This document shows positions 7,196 to 14,907 of a stretch of 37,157 bases of DNA, piece by piece. Both the position numbers and the translations under genes were made by a program. The stretch's first letter is position 1. Each line of letters starts with the position of its first letter. The notes under the pieces were generated by a model. It saw only the letters and a program-made list of their open reading frames with translations, was not told the origin of the DNA and did no database searches. The DNA is from a virus. The stretch covers positions 1 through 37,157 of the IMG/VR virus record IMGVR_UViG_3300049003_000038; one strand, written 5' to 3'.

Positions 7196-7602
7196 GCCGG
7201 CACCACGGCGGAGTCCGCGGCGGCCCGCATCGTGGCGGCCACGTGGGCGGCGTCCCGGGCGCACCGGTCGTTCCACAGGCCGATCAGCGGCTCACCAGCC
7301 GCCTGCACACCCTCCGGGTCGAACCGGTCGAACAGCTCGTCGGTCACGTACGCCTCGAACAGGGCGATCGCCTCGGCGGCCAGCGCCCGCCGCGGGTCGT
7401 CCCTGCCCTCGCCGACCAGGTACGGGTCGCCGTCCGGGTCGTCCGGGCACACGGCCAGGGCGATCAGGCCGCCGGTGCACCGGCAGCCCGTCGCGGGGTC
7501 GAGCCAGAACTCCCGGCCCCACAGTTCGGGGTGGCTGTCGAGGATCAGTGCCGCGGCGCGGAGAACCGCGTCAGGCGTGAGTGCTTCGGTACGGTTGTTC
7601 AC
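7192..7602 (-). CDS. Hypothetical protein, 136 aa.
   Basis: GTG at 7600-7602 preceded by a perfect AAGGAG Shine-Dalgarno 6 nt upstream. Confidence 0.8.
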   Translation of the reverse strand: MNNRTEALTPDAVLRAAALILDSHPELWGREFWLDPATGCRCTGGLIALAVCPDDPDGDPYLVGEGRDDPRRALAAEAIALFEAYVTDELFDRFDPEGVQAAGEPLIGLWNDRCARDAAHVAATMRAAADSAVVPA

Positions 7603-7675
7603 GATCGACTCCTTTCAGTCGGTCGAGTGGCGGCGGTCTCGTGGCATCGGGGCCGCCGTCGTCGTTGGGTGGGGT

Positions 7676-8407
7676 TCAGACCGCGATGAGCGAGCGCCGC
7701 GGCCAGTTCTGGTGCAGCCACGTCAGGCCCTTCGCCGTGACGCGTAGCTGCGTGGTGATCTGCGGCTCCCCGGTGTGCGGGTGCTCGTAGGTGCGGGTCC
7801 GGACGGCGACCCGGCCGGCCTCGATGTGCCGCTGGTAGGGCATGCCTCGTGTGTCCACCCAGCCGAGGTCGCGCAGGTGGCGGAGCAGCCGGTTCTGGCC
7901 GGTGTCGATGCCGTGGTCGCGGCAGAGGATCTGCGCGGCCTCCCGTAGCGAGTAGTCGCCGTGCGCCGCCATCAGCTGGTCGGCGACCGCCGCGCGGGGC
8001 TCGAGCTCGGCGTTCCGCTGCGAGAGAGCGATGACCTCGTGGGCCAGGGCGAGCGCCCGGTCCCGGTCGGACCGGGGAGCGACGTAGGAGCCGGTCCGCC
8101 GGATCTGCGGCAGCACCTCGTGGGTCACCCACCGCTTGAACGTCCGGGCTCCCTCGACCTGGCTGCCGAGGACCGCGGCGTACAGCCCGGCCTCGCTGAT
8201 GACCGTGACGACCTGGTCGCCGCTGGGGGTACTCGCCTGGCGAGTACCCCGGTCGTCCTCGTCGAGCCGCCGGACCATGTTGAAGGCATCGCGGTAGCCG
8301 AGGATGCGTGCGACGTCGGCGGCGACGAACCAGGGGTCACCGTGCTCGTCGGTGACTACCCGGAGCTGCTGGCCGGAGAAGTCGAACGGGGCCAGGGCGG
8401 TGGTCAT
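7676..8407 (-). CDS. Phage antirepressor, Bro-N domain plus a KilAC/ANT-type C-terminal domain, 243 aa.
   Basis: FDFSGQQLRVVTDEHGDPWFVAADVARILGYRD...FKRWVTHEVLPQIRRTG. The ATG overlaps the upstream stop (ATGA). Confidence 0.85.
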   Translation of the reverse strand: MTTALAPFDFSGQQLRVVTDEHGDPWFVAADVARILGYRDAFNMVRRLDEDDRGTRQASTPSGDQVVTVISEAGLYAAVLGSQVEGARTFKRWVTHEVLPQIRRTGSYVAPRSDRDRALALAHEVIALSQRNAELEPRAAVADQLMAAHGDYSLREAAQILCRDHGIDTGQNRLLRHLRDLGWVDTRGMPYQRHIEAGRVAVRTRTYEHPHTGEPQITTQLRVTAKGLTWLHQNWPRRSLIAV

Positions 8408-8601
8408 GCCGACACCGCCGGGGTGGTCCGGGATGCGTCGGTGATGTACCGGTCGAGCTCGGCGTCCGAGATGCGGGTCTTGCTGCGCGGGCCGAGGGAG
8501 ATGTCGGCGGGCTTGATCAGCCCGGCGGAGATCAGGTTGTAGACGTGCTTCCGGCTGCAGCCGAGGCGCTCGGCTGTCTCCGGGATCGTCAGGAGCCTCA
8601 A
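8404..8601 (-). CDS. Excisionase/MerR-type HTH DNA-binding protein, 65 aa. It is the first gene of the leftward early operon, in the Cro-analogue or Xis position. An alternative GTG start lies at 8649.
   Basis: (L)RLLTIPETAERLGCSRKHVYNLISAGLIKPADISLGPRSKTRISDAELDRYI. The TTG at 8599-8601 has GAAAGGGGA 6 nt upstream. The longer version would translate through the operator-like repeats at 8629-8650. Confidence 0.7.
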   Translation of the reverse strand: MRLLTIPETAERLGCSRKHVYNLISAGLIKPADISLGPRSKTRISDAELDRYITDASRTTPAVSA

Positions 8602-8628
8602 CAGGGTTCCCCTTTCGGATGGACTAGC

Positions 8629-8650
8629 GTCTAGATAGACACCAGACACC
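8629..8650. promoter_or_regulatory. Operator-like repeats: the inverted repeat GTCTA-GA-TAGAC followed by tandem AGACACC AGACACC.
   Basis: gtctagatagacaccagacacc, read directly. Confidence 0.45.
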
Positions 8651-8750
8651 AGGGACGCGCGAGAAGCTGTCCCGGATGTGGATTGACGGGGCGATGAATC
8701 AGGGTCTGGCAGCGTCCGAGCCGGTAGGTGCGTCTGCTGTCGAACCAGAC

Positions 8751-8778
8751 TCTATACACACCCGTACATGTCACGCAA
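8751..8778 (-). promoter_or_regulatory. Candidate leftward early promoter: -35 TTGCGT, a 16-nt spacer ending in TGTG, and -10 TATAGA.
   Basis: The reverse complement reads ttgcgtgacatgtacgggtgtgtataga. It lies in the lowest-GC part of the divergent intergenic region. Confidence 0.3.
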
Positions 8779-8822
8779 CACCGAATCGCACTAGTGTCCC
8801 TGCGTGAACGCTCGTCACTGTG

Positions 8823-8840
8823 GGTGTCTGACTAGACACC
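8823..8840. promoter_or_regulatory. Operator-like inverted repeat GGTGTCT-gact-AGACACC, sharing the half-site TAGACACC with 8636-8643.
   Basis: ggtgtctgactagacacc has 7-bp perfect arms and sits 65 bp upstream of the repressor start. Confidence 0.5.
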
Positions 8841-8904
8841 CGACGCGGGACCCGTTGCTAGTCCCGGCCCGCTCCCGCACGCTGCCCCCTCTGGGAGTCG
8901 GGTC

Positions 8905-9300
8905 GTGACGGAGAGCGGGACGCCGCCGATGGACCAACTGCAACACCTGGTGCTCACCCGCCTCGCCGAGCTGGGCACCAAGGGCAGCCCCATGTCCGCG
9001 CGCAAGGCCGCCGAGCGCTCCCGCGGCGACGTCTCCTTCCACACCCTCTACGCGATTGCCAAGGGTCAGCACAGCGGGCGCATCACCGACCGCACAGCCC
9101 AGGGCATCGCCGCCGCCCTCGACGTGCCCGTCGCCCGCGTCTACGACGCGGCCGGCGCCCCCCGTCCCCAGGGCCGGTGGCTACCCCCGGAGCGACTCGA
9201 CCGGCTCACTCTCGACCAGCGCAAGCTGCTCGAGGACATCGGCTATGCGCTCCTCGATGCGGATGCGAAGGGTTACGAGCGGGGCCGCCTGGACGCCTGA
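8905..9300 (+). CDS. CI-like, XRE-type HTH repressor, 131 aa. An alternative ATG start lies at 8929.
   Basis: It is divergent from the early operon. HTH: SARKAAERSRGDVSFHTLYAIAKGQ. GGGAG lies upstream of the GTG at 8905. Confidence 0.75.
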   Translation: MTESGTPPMDQLQHLVLTRLAELGTKGSPMSARKAAERSRGDVSFHTLYAIAKGQHSGRITDRTAQGIAAALDVPVARVYDAAGAPRPQGRWLPPERLDRLTLDQRKLLEDIGYALLDADAKGYERGRLDA

Positions 9301-9305
9301 TCGGG

Positions 9306-9323
9306 CGTTACCGGCGGGTAACG
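9306..9323 (+). terminator. Small hairpin just after the repressor stop.
   Basis: cgttacc ggcg ggtaacg: a 7-bp stem with a 4-nt loop. Confidence 0.3.
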
Positions 9324-9415
9324 GGTTCGCGACGAATGCAAAGTGTCACGGGCCGTGTCTACCGTCACACCCAGAGTCACCCCGCATGGGTGATGCTGGG
9401 GGAGTGGGGGAGTGC

Positions 9416-9595
9416 ATGGACGGGACCGACATCGTCACGATGGATCTGCCGTTCGGTCAGGACTGGCTCTGGTTCGCCGAGCTGAACATGGTCGCGCTGG
9501 CGCCACACCTGGACGCGGCGGCCCGGGAGCGGGCGCTGGACGAGCTGCAGGAGGAGTGGCGTCGGTCGGTGCGCCTGGTCCGGGGCGCGGCGTGA
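9416..9595 (+). CDS. Hypothetical small protein, 59 aa, between the repressor and the integrase.
   Basis: ATG at 9416 with GGGGGAG 4-5 nt upstream. MDGTDIVTMDLPFGQDWLWFAELNMVALAPHLDAAARERALDELQEEWRR. Confidence 0.6.
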   Translation: MDGTDIVTMDLPFGQDWLWFAELNMVALAPHLDAAARERALDELQEEWRRSVRLVRGAA

Positions 9596-9664
9596 CGGGC
9601 GTCGGGGCAGACACCGCACACCACAGGTAGCCTCGCTTCCTCCCGTGCCCGTCAGGAGGCGCCC

Positions 9665-10795
9665 ATGCCCTACATTCGCAGGCTTCCGTCCGGCCTGTGG
9701 CAGGCCACCGTGCGACTGCCGTCCGGAAAGAAGACGACCCGCACCGACCCGCTGAAACGGGTCGTCTCCGACTGGGGCAAGGCGGAGGAGACCCGCATCG
9801 CCCGCGGCGAATGGCGCGACGCCCGCGTCGGCCGGATCCGCTACGAGCAGTGGCGCGACCAGTTCATGGCCGCCCGTGTGGTGGAGGCCTCCACTGCCCG
9901 ACGCGACCGGGGGCTGCTCGCCAACCACATCGACCCGGCCTGGGAGGGCTGGCTGTTGCCCGCCATCACCCGCATCGCCGTGCAGGGCTGGGTGAAGCGG
10001 CTCCACGCCGCCGGCGTCGGCCCCTCGGCCATCCACATGGCCTACCAGCTCCTGTCCACGATGCTGGAGGCCGCCGCCGACGAGGACTACATCGGGGAGA
10101 ACCCGTGCCGCCGCATCGACCTGCCGGCCACCCCACCGAAGCTGCCCGAGTGGTTCACCCACGACCAGGTGGAGGCCATCGCCGAGCATCTGCCCGACCG
10201 GCACGCCGCGGCGACGTGGCTTATGGCCTGGTGCGGGCTGCGCTGGGGCGAGGCGGCCGGGTTGAAGGTGGGCCGGGTGGCGTTCCTGCGCCGCCGGCTC
10301 ACCGTGGACGCGGTCAACACCCAGTTCGGGGACTGGAAGCCGTACCCGAAGTCGTCGAAGTCGCGGCGGGAGATCAGCGTCGAGCCGGGAGTGCTCGAGC
10401 TGCTGGCCCCGCTCGCGGCCGGGAAGGGCGCCGACGAGCTGCTGTTCCGCACGGCGCGCCGTCGGGGCGGGGAGGAGCGACCGTGGGCGCACGCCAACTG
10501 GCTGCGGCGCTGGACGGCCGCGGTCGGCGACGCGCAGGCAGCCCACCCGGAGCTCGCCGTCCCTTCCTACGCGCCACACGCGCTGCGGCACACCGCCGCC
10601 TCCTGGCTGGTGCAGGACGGGGTGCCCCTGTACGACGTGCAGCGCCTCCTCGGCCATGAGTCGTTCGCGGTCACGCAAAAGTACGCGCACCTGGCGCCGG
10701 ACGCCCACGACGCGGTCGATCGGGCGTGGGCGCGGATGCGCGCGGCGCGCCAGCGGCGCACGGACCCGCCAGCGGGGCTGGCATCGGATGCCTGA
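9665..10795 (+). CDS. int: Tyrosine integrase, 376 aa.
   Basis: GLRWGE (Arg I), HALRHTAASW (H-x-x-R), LLGH and YAHL (catalytic Tyr). AGGAGG lies 5 nt upstream of the ATG. Confidence 0.92.
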   Translation: MPYIRRLPSGLWQATVRLPSGKKTTRTDPLKRVVSDWGKAEETRIARGEWRDARVGRIRYEQWRDQFMAARVVEASTARRDRGLLANHIDPAWEGWLLPAITRIAVQGWVKRLHAAGVGPSAIHMAYQLLSTMLEAAADEDYIGENPCRRIDLPATPPKLPEWFTHDQVEAIAEHLPDRHAAATWLMAWCGLRWGEAAGLKVGRVAFLRRRLTVDAVNTQFGDWKPYPKSSKSRREISVEPGVLELLAPLAAGKGADELLFRTARRRGGEERPWAHANWLRRWTAAVGDAQAAHPELAVPSYAPHALRHTAASWLVQDGVPLYDVQRLLGHESFAVTQKYAHLAPDAHDAVDRAWARMRAARQRRTDPPAGLASDA

Positions 10796-11036
10796 CCTGG
10801 GCTTTTCCGCAACGGACGTGATCGCGACCGCGGGTCACGTCGGGGCCGCAGAGCCCCAGGTGAGGGGCCCGGGGTCGCGGCTGAGCTGCGGTTTCCGTCC
10901 AGCAGGTGTGTACCGGGATGAACCGGGATGCAGTAGCGGACCCTGCTCGTGGCGCATCAGCGGCGCACAGGCCGCGCCCCGGGACGAGGCCGGGCCGGAT
11001 GTGGTTCCCTGCCCCCAAACCAGACGTGACCGGAGG
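10796..11036. other. Putative attP region.
   Basis: Non-coding stretch immediately 3' of int. It holds the inverted repeat GACGTGA-N13-TCACGTC (10815-10841) and the tandem ACCGGGATG at 10912-10920 and 10922-10930. Confidence 0.4.
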
Positions 11037-11042
11037 ATGACC

Positions 11043-11444
11043 ATGCGCAATGCCCTAATCCTGCTCGCCACCCTCGGAGCCCTGACGGCCTGCGGCAGCA
11101 CCGCCGATAAGACCAGCGCGGCGCCCGCCTCGACCAGCAGCAGCGTCCCGACAGCGGCTGCGCCGAGCACCGTGGACCCATCCGCGTGGATCAGCCAGTA
11201 CCGCAGCGCCTACCCGGCGCTTGCGGCAGGCCGGTCCGATCAGGGCATCGCCGACGACGGCGCCCGCGTCTGCAGCTACCTCGCCGAGCAGGGAATGACG
11301 CGCGAGACGTACACACGCCGGCTGTCCGCCGCCCTCGAGCGGAACGGCGTCACCCCCTCGGCTGAGGACGTCGCAGCGATCGCGAAGATCGGCGTGGCAA
11401 CCCTCTGCCCGGACCAGCAGCAGGCCCTCGACGGGCTCAGCTGA
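11043..11444 (+). CDS. Secreted lipoprotein, 133 aa, with a DUF732-like two-Cys domain; a lysogenic-conversion or moron candidate.
   Basis: MRNALILLATLGALTAC has a signal peptide and the lipobox L-T-A-C. GGAGG lies 6 nt upstream of the ATG at 11043. Cys contexts: ...VCSYLAEQG... and ...ATLCPDQ. Confidence 0.8.
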   Translation: MRNALILLATLGALTACGSTADKTSAAPASTSSSVPTAAAPSTVDPSAWISQYRSAYPALAAGRSDQGIADDGARVCSYLAEQGMTRETYTRRLSAALERNGVTPSAEDVAAIAKIGVATLCPDQQQALDGLS

Positions 11445-11691
11445 CCGCAGGAGCCTCGTGCTTCCCCCGCGCCTGCGCCACCATCTGGTCCGCCGTCGCC
11501 GGGGACACGACCGCCTTCCGGGTGAACAGGGCCTGCACCAGCGGCACCAGGAACGCCGCCACCGGGATCAGGCCCTCCGCCACCCCGGACAGGTTCGCGG
11601 GGATGACGAACCCGATCGCAGCGGCCAGGGCCAGGACGGCGGTGATGATGCCGCGCAGGACGGCGGGCTCGGTGTAGTTCAGCTTGCGCAC
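11437..11691 (-). CDS. Holin-like membrane protein, 84 aa, with two TM helices; the last gene of the lysis cassette.
   Basis: GTG at 11689-11691 with GAGGAG 7 nt upstream. Helices: AVLRGIITAVLALAAAIGFVI and GLIPVAAFLVPLVQALF. Confidence 0.7.
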   Translation of the reverse strand: MRKLNYTEPAVLRGIITAVLALAAAIGFVIPANLSGVAEGLIPVAAFLVPLVQALFTRKAVVSPATADQMVAQARGKHEAPAVS

Positions 11692-11702
11692 AGGGATGCT
11701 CC

Positions 11703-12314
11703 TCAGTCGGCGGTGCAGGTGTAGGTGGGGGACGTGTCGGGGGAGCCGCCGTCGCGGCGGCAGGTGTAGCTGCGGCCGAGGACGTCGGTCCATGTCCAGG
11801 TGGCTGGAGGAGATCCGTCCGTCCCGGGCTCGCCCTGCGGCCCCGCCGGTCCGGTGGGGCCTGTCGCGCCCGCGGGCCCGGCCGGACCGGCGGGGCCCGC
11901 CTCGCCCTGGGGTCCGGCGGTGCCGCCCTGCCCGGTCGTCCCGTCGACACCGGGCAGGCCGATCGGCCCGATGGGCCCCGGCGGGCCACTGGCCCCCGCG
12001 GGGCCTCGAGGGCCGGCCGGGCCGGTCTCTCCGGGCGGGCCGGGATCACCCTGTGGCCCCTTCTCCGCCACTCGCTCGGCGCGGGTGCACTGCAAGTCGG
12101 CCGCCGCAGCCGCCGCCGGGTCCTGCGCGCACACGCCGGTGACCTGCTCGGCCAGGTCCTGCGCCGTCGCCGATGCGTGGTCCCGCTGCCCCTCCGCGGT
12201 GTCCGCGCGGTTCCCGAGGTACAGCACCCCCCAGATCACCACGCCCATGCCCAGCAGCAGCAGGGCCACGACGATCCGCCCCGCGGGGCGGTGTCGGGCG
12301 GCGTGCTCGGTCAC
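11703..12314 (-). CDS. Membrane-anchored collagen-like repeat protein, 203 aa, with an N-terminal TM helix, 27 G-X-Y triplets and a Cys-containing C-terminal knob.
   Basis: [21 protein letters not shown], then [22 protein letters not shown]...GEPGTDG, then ...[22 protein letters not shown]. The GTG overlaps the upstream stop (GTGA). Confidence 0.8.
   Translation of the reverse strand: MTEHAARHRPAGRIVVALLLLGMGVVIWGVLYLGNRADTAEGQRDHASATAQDLAEQVTGVCAQDPAAAAAADLQCTRAERVAEKGPQGDPGPPGETGPAGPRGPAGASGPPGPIGPIGLPGVDGTTGQGGTAGPQGEAGPAGPAGPAGATGPTGPAGPQGEPGTDGSPPATWTWTDVLGRSYTCRRDGGSPDTSPTYTCTAD
11814..12059 (-). repeat. Uninterrupted collagen-type G-X-Y coding repeat (about 27 triplets).
   Basis: Counted from the translation, residues 86-167. 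Confidence 0.85.
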
Positions 12315-12565
12315 GTCTCAGCCTCCATCTCGTCTGCCTCAGCGGGCATGGCCGGCGCCTCGATGCCGTTGCTGGCCAGCAGCAGCCGCAGCGTGTGCAC
12401 GTGCCGCAGCAGCCCCTCCACCCGGCTGCGTAGCCGGTTGCGTTCGGTTTCCAGCTGCTCGGCGTCCCGGGCGGCCTTGCGCTGCACGGCGCTGATCAGT
12501 CCGGCGACGGCGGTGACCAGCGTCGCCAGGGCGCCGATGATGAGGGCGATGTCTCCGGCGGTCAT
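12311..12565 (-). CDS. Holin-like or lysis-associated membrane protein, 84 aa, with one N-terminal TM helix and a coiled coil.
   Basis: [26 protein letters not shown] at 12563-12565 with GGAGG 6 nt upstream. Confidence 0.75.
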   Translation of the reverse strand: MTAGDIALIIGALATLVTAVAGLISAVQRKAARDAEQLETERNRLRSRVEGLLRHVHTLRLLLASNGIEAPAMPAEADEMEAET

Positions 12566-12578
12566 GGTCGGCCTCCGT

Positions 12579-12610
12579 CCGTGGCGGGGGCAGGTGAGAA
12601 CACGCCACGG
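12579..12610 (-). terminator. Hairpin downstream of the endolysin gene.
   Basis: ccgtggcg ... cgccacgg: an 8-bp stem with a 16-nt loop. Confidence 0.3.
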
Positions 12611-12642
12611 CTACGCACCCCCCGGTCACGCTGCGTCGACGG

Positions 12643-13590
12643 TCAGGACGCCAGGCGGCGCGCGGCGTCGTCGTTCACGGCCTGGGCCAGCGAGGCGAGG
12701 AACGCCGGGTCCTTGAGGGCTGCGGCGAGCGTGCCCGCGTCAACGGTCACCGGCGTGCTGGCACCGGCCGTGGGCGCGGTCCTCCCGACGAGCTCCTGCA
12801 GCTGCGTCGCCACCCCCGGACCCCACGACAGGTTCAGGCCGTTCCCCCAGTACATCTGGAGGTAGGTGTCACGTAGCACCTCAATCACCGTCGCCGACGC
12901 CTCCCCGTAGCCGCGGGGGTCTGCGTCATTGCGGTAGCGGAAGTAGATGGGGTGGTTGAGAAGCTCGTCTGCGACTTCCTTGGCTGTGGGCATGTCGTCC
13001 TCCTGTGCTCCGCCAGCGATCTGCTGGGCCCGCGCCGAGATGGCCGGGAGTTGCGCGATTCGTCGATCACCGGGGCAGGCCTTGCCCTGCGACGTGGACC
13101 ACCGCTCGGCGCCGGCGGGCATGTAGCCGGGCACGCCGTAGCGGTGCACGGCCAGGCCGCGGGCACCGGGCTTGCTGCTGCCGGCGATGCCGAGCGGGAT
13201 GCCGTGCGTCTGATGCAGCCAGGCGGCGATGCGGGCGTTGGCCTCCACCTGCTGCGGGGTCAGGGCCGGCACGTCCGAGCCGCCCCATGCGGGGAACGGC
13301 GCCCCGGTGTCGGCGTTCTCCGAGGAGATGACGTGCCAGTTGCCATCGGCGTTGGCGTCGGCCTGGAAGGCGGTGTCCTGGAACTGCCAGATGGTGCCGT
13401 CCGGGCCGACCCCGAAGTGGGATTCGGTGCCCGCGTAGCCGACGCCGTTCGTCTTCTCGAAGTACGTGCCGGTCCCGGCGAGGGTGCCGACCATGGTGTG
13501 CAGGCAGAAGAAGTCGTACGCCTTCATCCGCGGCTGCGACGCCCAGTCGGCGGCGAGGGGGTGCCAGATGGCACCAGGCATCCGAGGCAT
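12643..13590 (-). CDS. Endolysin: N-acetylmuramoyl-L-alanine amidase (Amidase_2/PGRP type) with an uncharacterised C-terminal domain, 315 aa.
   Basis: FFCLHTMVG, GTESHFGV, NWHVISSEN, LAVHRYG and KACPGDRR are zinc-ligand-type motifs. It sits at the end of the tail module. Confidence 0.85.
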   Translation of the reverse strand: MPRMPGAIWHPLAADWASQPRMKAYDFFCLHTMVGTLAGTGTYFEKTNGVGYAGTESHFGVGPDGTIWQFQDTAFQADANADGNWHVISSENADTGAPFPAWGGSDVPALTPQQVEANARIAAWLHQTHGIPLGIAGSSKPGARGLAVHRYGVPGYMPAGAERWSTSQGKACPGDRRIAQLPAISARAQQIAGGAQEDDMPTAKEVADELLNHPIYFRYRNDADPRGYGEASATVIEVLRDTYLQMYWGNGLNLSWGPGVATQLQELVGRTAPTAGASTPVTVDAGTLAAALKDPAFLASLAQAVNDDAARRLAS

Positions 13591-13596
13591 GTCAGG

Positions 13597-14775
13597 TCAC
13601 CGGACCCGGTACCGGAGGACGACGGCGCCTGCGGCGGCGAAGGAGGTACCCGCCTGGATCGGCGTGGCCGTGGCACCCACGCCGTTGAAGCCCTGAACCT
13701 GTACTAGCACTGACCCGCCCGACGGGATCACCGCGGAACCGGTCAACCGGCCGGGACCGAACATGGGCGCGGTGCTGGTTGAGAAGACGCTCGTGTCCAC
13801 CTGTGTGCCGGCGATCAGCATCCGCAGGGCCAGTGTCGCGTTCGTGCCCGCGGCGATGAGCGGCGCCTTCCACTCGAACTCGATCTCGCGGCCCGGCGGC
13901 AGGCCGTTGATCGTGAAGTTGCCCGATGTCAGGTCGACGTAGGCCGAGCCGGTGGGGGGCGTGTAGTTGTACGACGTGGACCGCAGCAGATCAGTCCACT
14001 GGTTGTAGGGGACCCAGGCGCCCGCGGTGTACAGGTACTTCCCGGCGCCGGTGACGACCGCGTGCAGGCCCTCGTAGGCGGTGAGGGCGTCCCGCTGCCC
14101 GGTCGTGGAGACGGTGACCTGGTCGCCGTGGTAGCGGAAGCGGGTGCCGTCGTGCCACAGCAGCCGGCCGTTGTCGAGCTCGATCACCTGCAGGCCCGGC
14201 CAGCCGGTGAGCGCGACCCGTTCGGCCTGCGTCTTGACCAGCACGATGCCGCCGCGGGCGGCGGTGATGCGGGCGGTCTGCGTGATGACCACCGTGCCGT
14301 CGGTGGTGCGGGTCGCGCCGGCGGACACGGCGACGGTGGCGAGCTCCTCCGCGCCGACGGGAATCGGCTGCTTTGTGGGAGTGCCCGGGGTTACCCCGTA
14401 GAGAGGGGAAGGGGCAACCACGTCGGGAGTGGGGACGCCGGGGGTGTTGTCCTGCTGCTTGACCCAGACGACGTCGACGCGGGTGCCCGAGCCAGGGGCG
14501 GCGCCGATGCTGACCGCCTGAGCGGCGGCCAACACCCCCAGGTAGGGGCCGTTGGACGACCCGCGGCTGGTCACCCAGTAGTGCGGGCCGATCGACACAG
14601 TCATGGGGCCGGTGCTGGAGGTGCCGGTGACCAGCGCGGTGGCGCCGGGGCCGTTCATGACGCCGGTGCGCACGTCGAGCGCGGCGGGACCTAGGGCGGC
14701 GATCAGCCCACCCAGGGCGAGGCGGGCCTCCTGGGCGTCGGTCACGCCGCCGTGCACGAACAGGGCGTCGCCCAC
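13597..14775 (-). CDS. Tail fibre / receptor-binding minor tail protein, 392 aa.
   Basis: Track ORF with GGGAGGA upstream of the GTG. It is the last tail gene before lysis and is Gly/Thr/Val-rich with beta-type composition. Confidence 0.8.
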   Translation of the reverse strand: MGDALFVHGGVTDAQEARLALGGLIAALGPAALDVRTGVMNGPGATALVTGTSSTGPMTVSIGPHYWVTSRGSSNGPYLGVLAAAQAVSIGAAPGSGTRVDVVWVKQQDNTPGVPTPDVVAPSPLYGVTPGTPTKQPIPVGAEELATVAVSAGATRTTDGTVVITQTARITAARGGIVLVKTQAERVALTGWPGLQVIELDNGRLLWHDGTRFRYHGDQVTVSTTGQRDALTAYEGLHAVVTGAGKYLYTAGAWVPYNQWTDLLRSTSYNYTPPTGSAYVDLTSGNFTINGLPPGREIEFEWKAPLIAAGTNATLALRMLIAGTQVDTSVFSTSTAPMFGPGRLTGSAVIPSGGSVLVQVQGFNGVGATATPIQAGTSFAAAGAVVLRYRVR

Positions 14776-14907
14776 GTAGTCCTCCCGGAACTGGATCCGG
14801 GGTTCACGCTGCAGGGTGGGGTGTCAGCGTGGCCGTGGCCCAGGTGGTATCCGAAACCGCCCAGGGCTGCTCTACTGATGGCGAGCAACCGCAAACAGGG
14901 AGTAGTC

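Noticed and set aside
7603-7675. A weak hairpin (ggcggcgg...ccgccgtc) after the antirepressor gene as a terminator.
   Set aside because: The stem is short and imperfect with a large loop, so it is not distinguishable from background GC-rich self-complementarity.
8602-8649. The longer GTG-8649 start for the Xis/Cro-like gene.
   Set aside because: The extension (MSGVYLDASPSERGTL) is encoded by the operator-like repeats. A Shine-Dalgarno (GAAAGGGGA) sits 6 nt before the TTG at 8601, and the family normally starts right at the ..LLTIPE.. helix. It is kept as an alternative only.
9416-9595. The small ORF between the repressor and int as a degenerate ImmA/IrrE-type metalloprotease remnant.
   Set aside because: There is only a vague resemblance (..ALAPHLDAAARERALDEL.. 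versus the region around HExxH). No HExxH motif is present and the protein is too short. It remains a hypothetical protein.
10861-10960. A possible tRNA 3' fragment in attP (ggttcatcccgg on the minus strand).
   Set aside because: It is just the reverse complement of the tandem ACCGGGATG repeat. The flanks cannot form a T-arm stem or an acceptor end.
11814-12059. The collagen repeat or the tail fibre as the variable region of a diversity-generating retroelement.
   Set aside because: There is no reverse transcriptase gene and no template or variable repeat pair anywhere in the genome.
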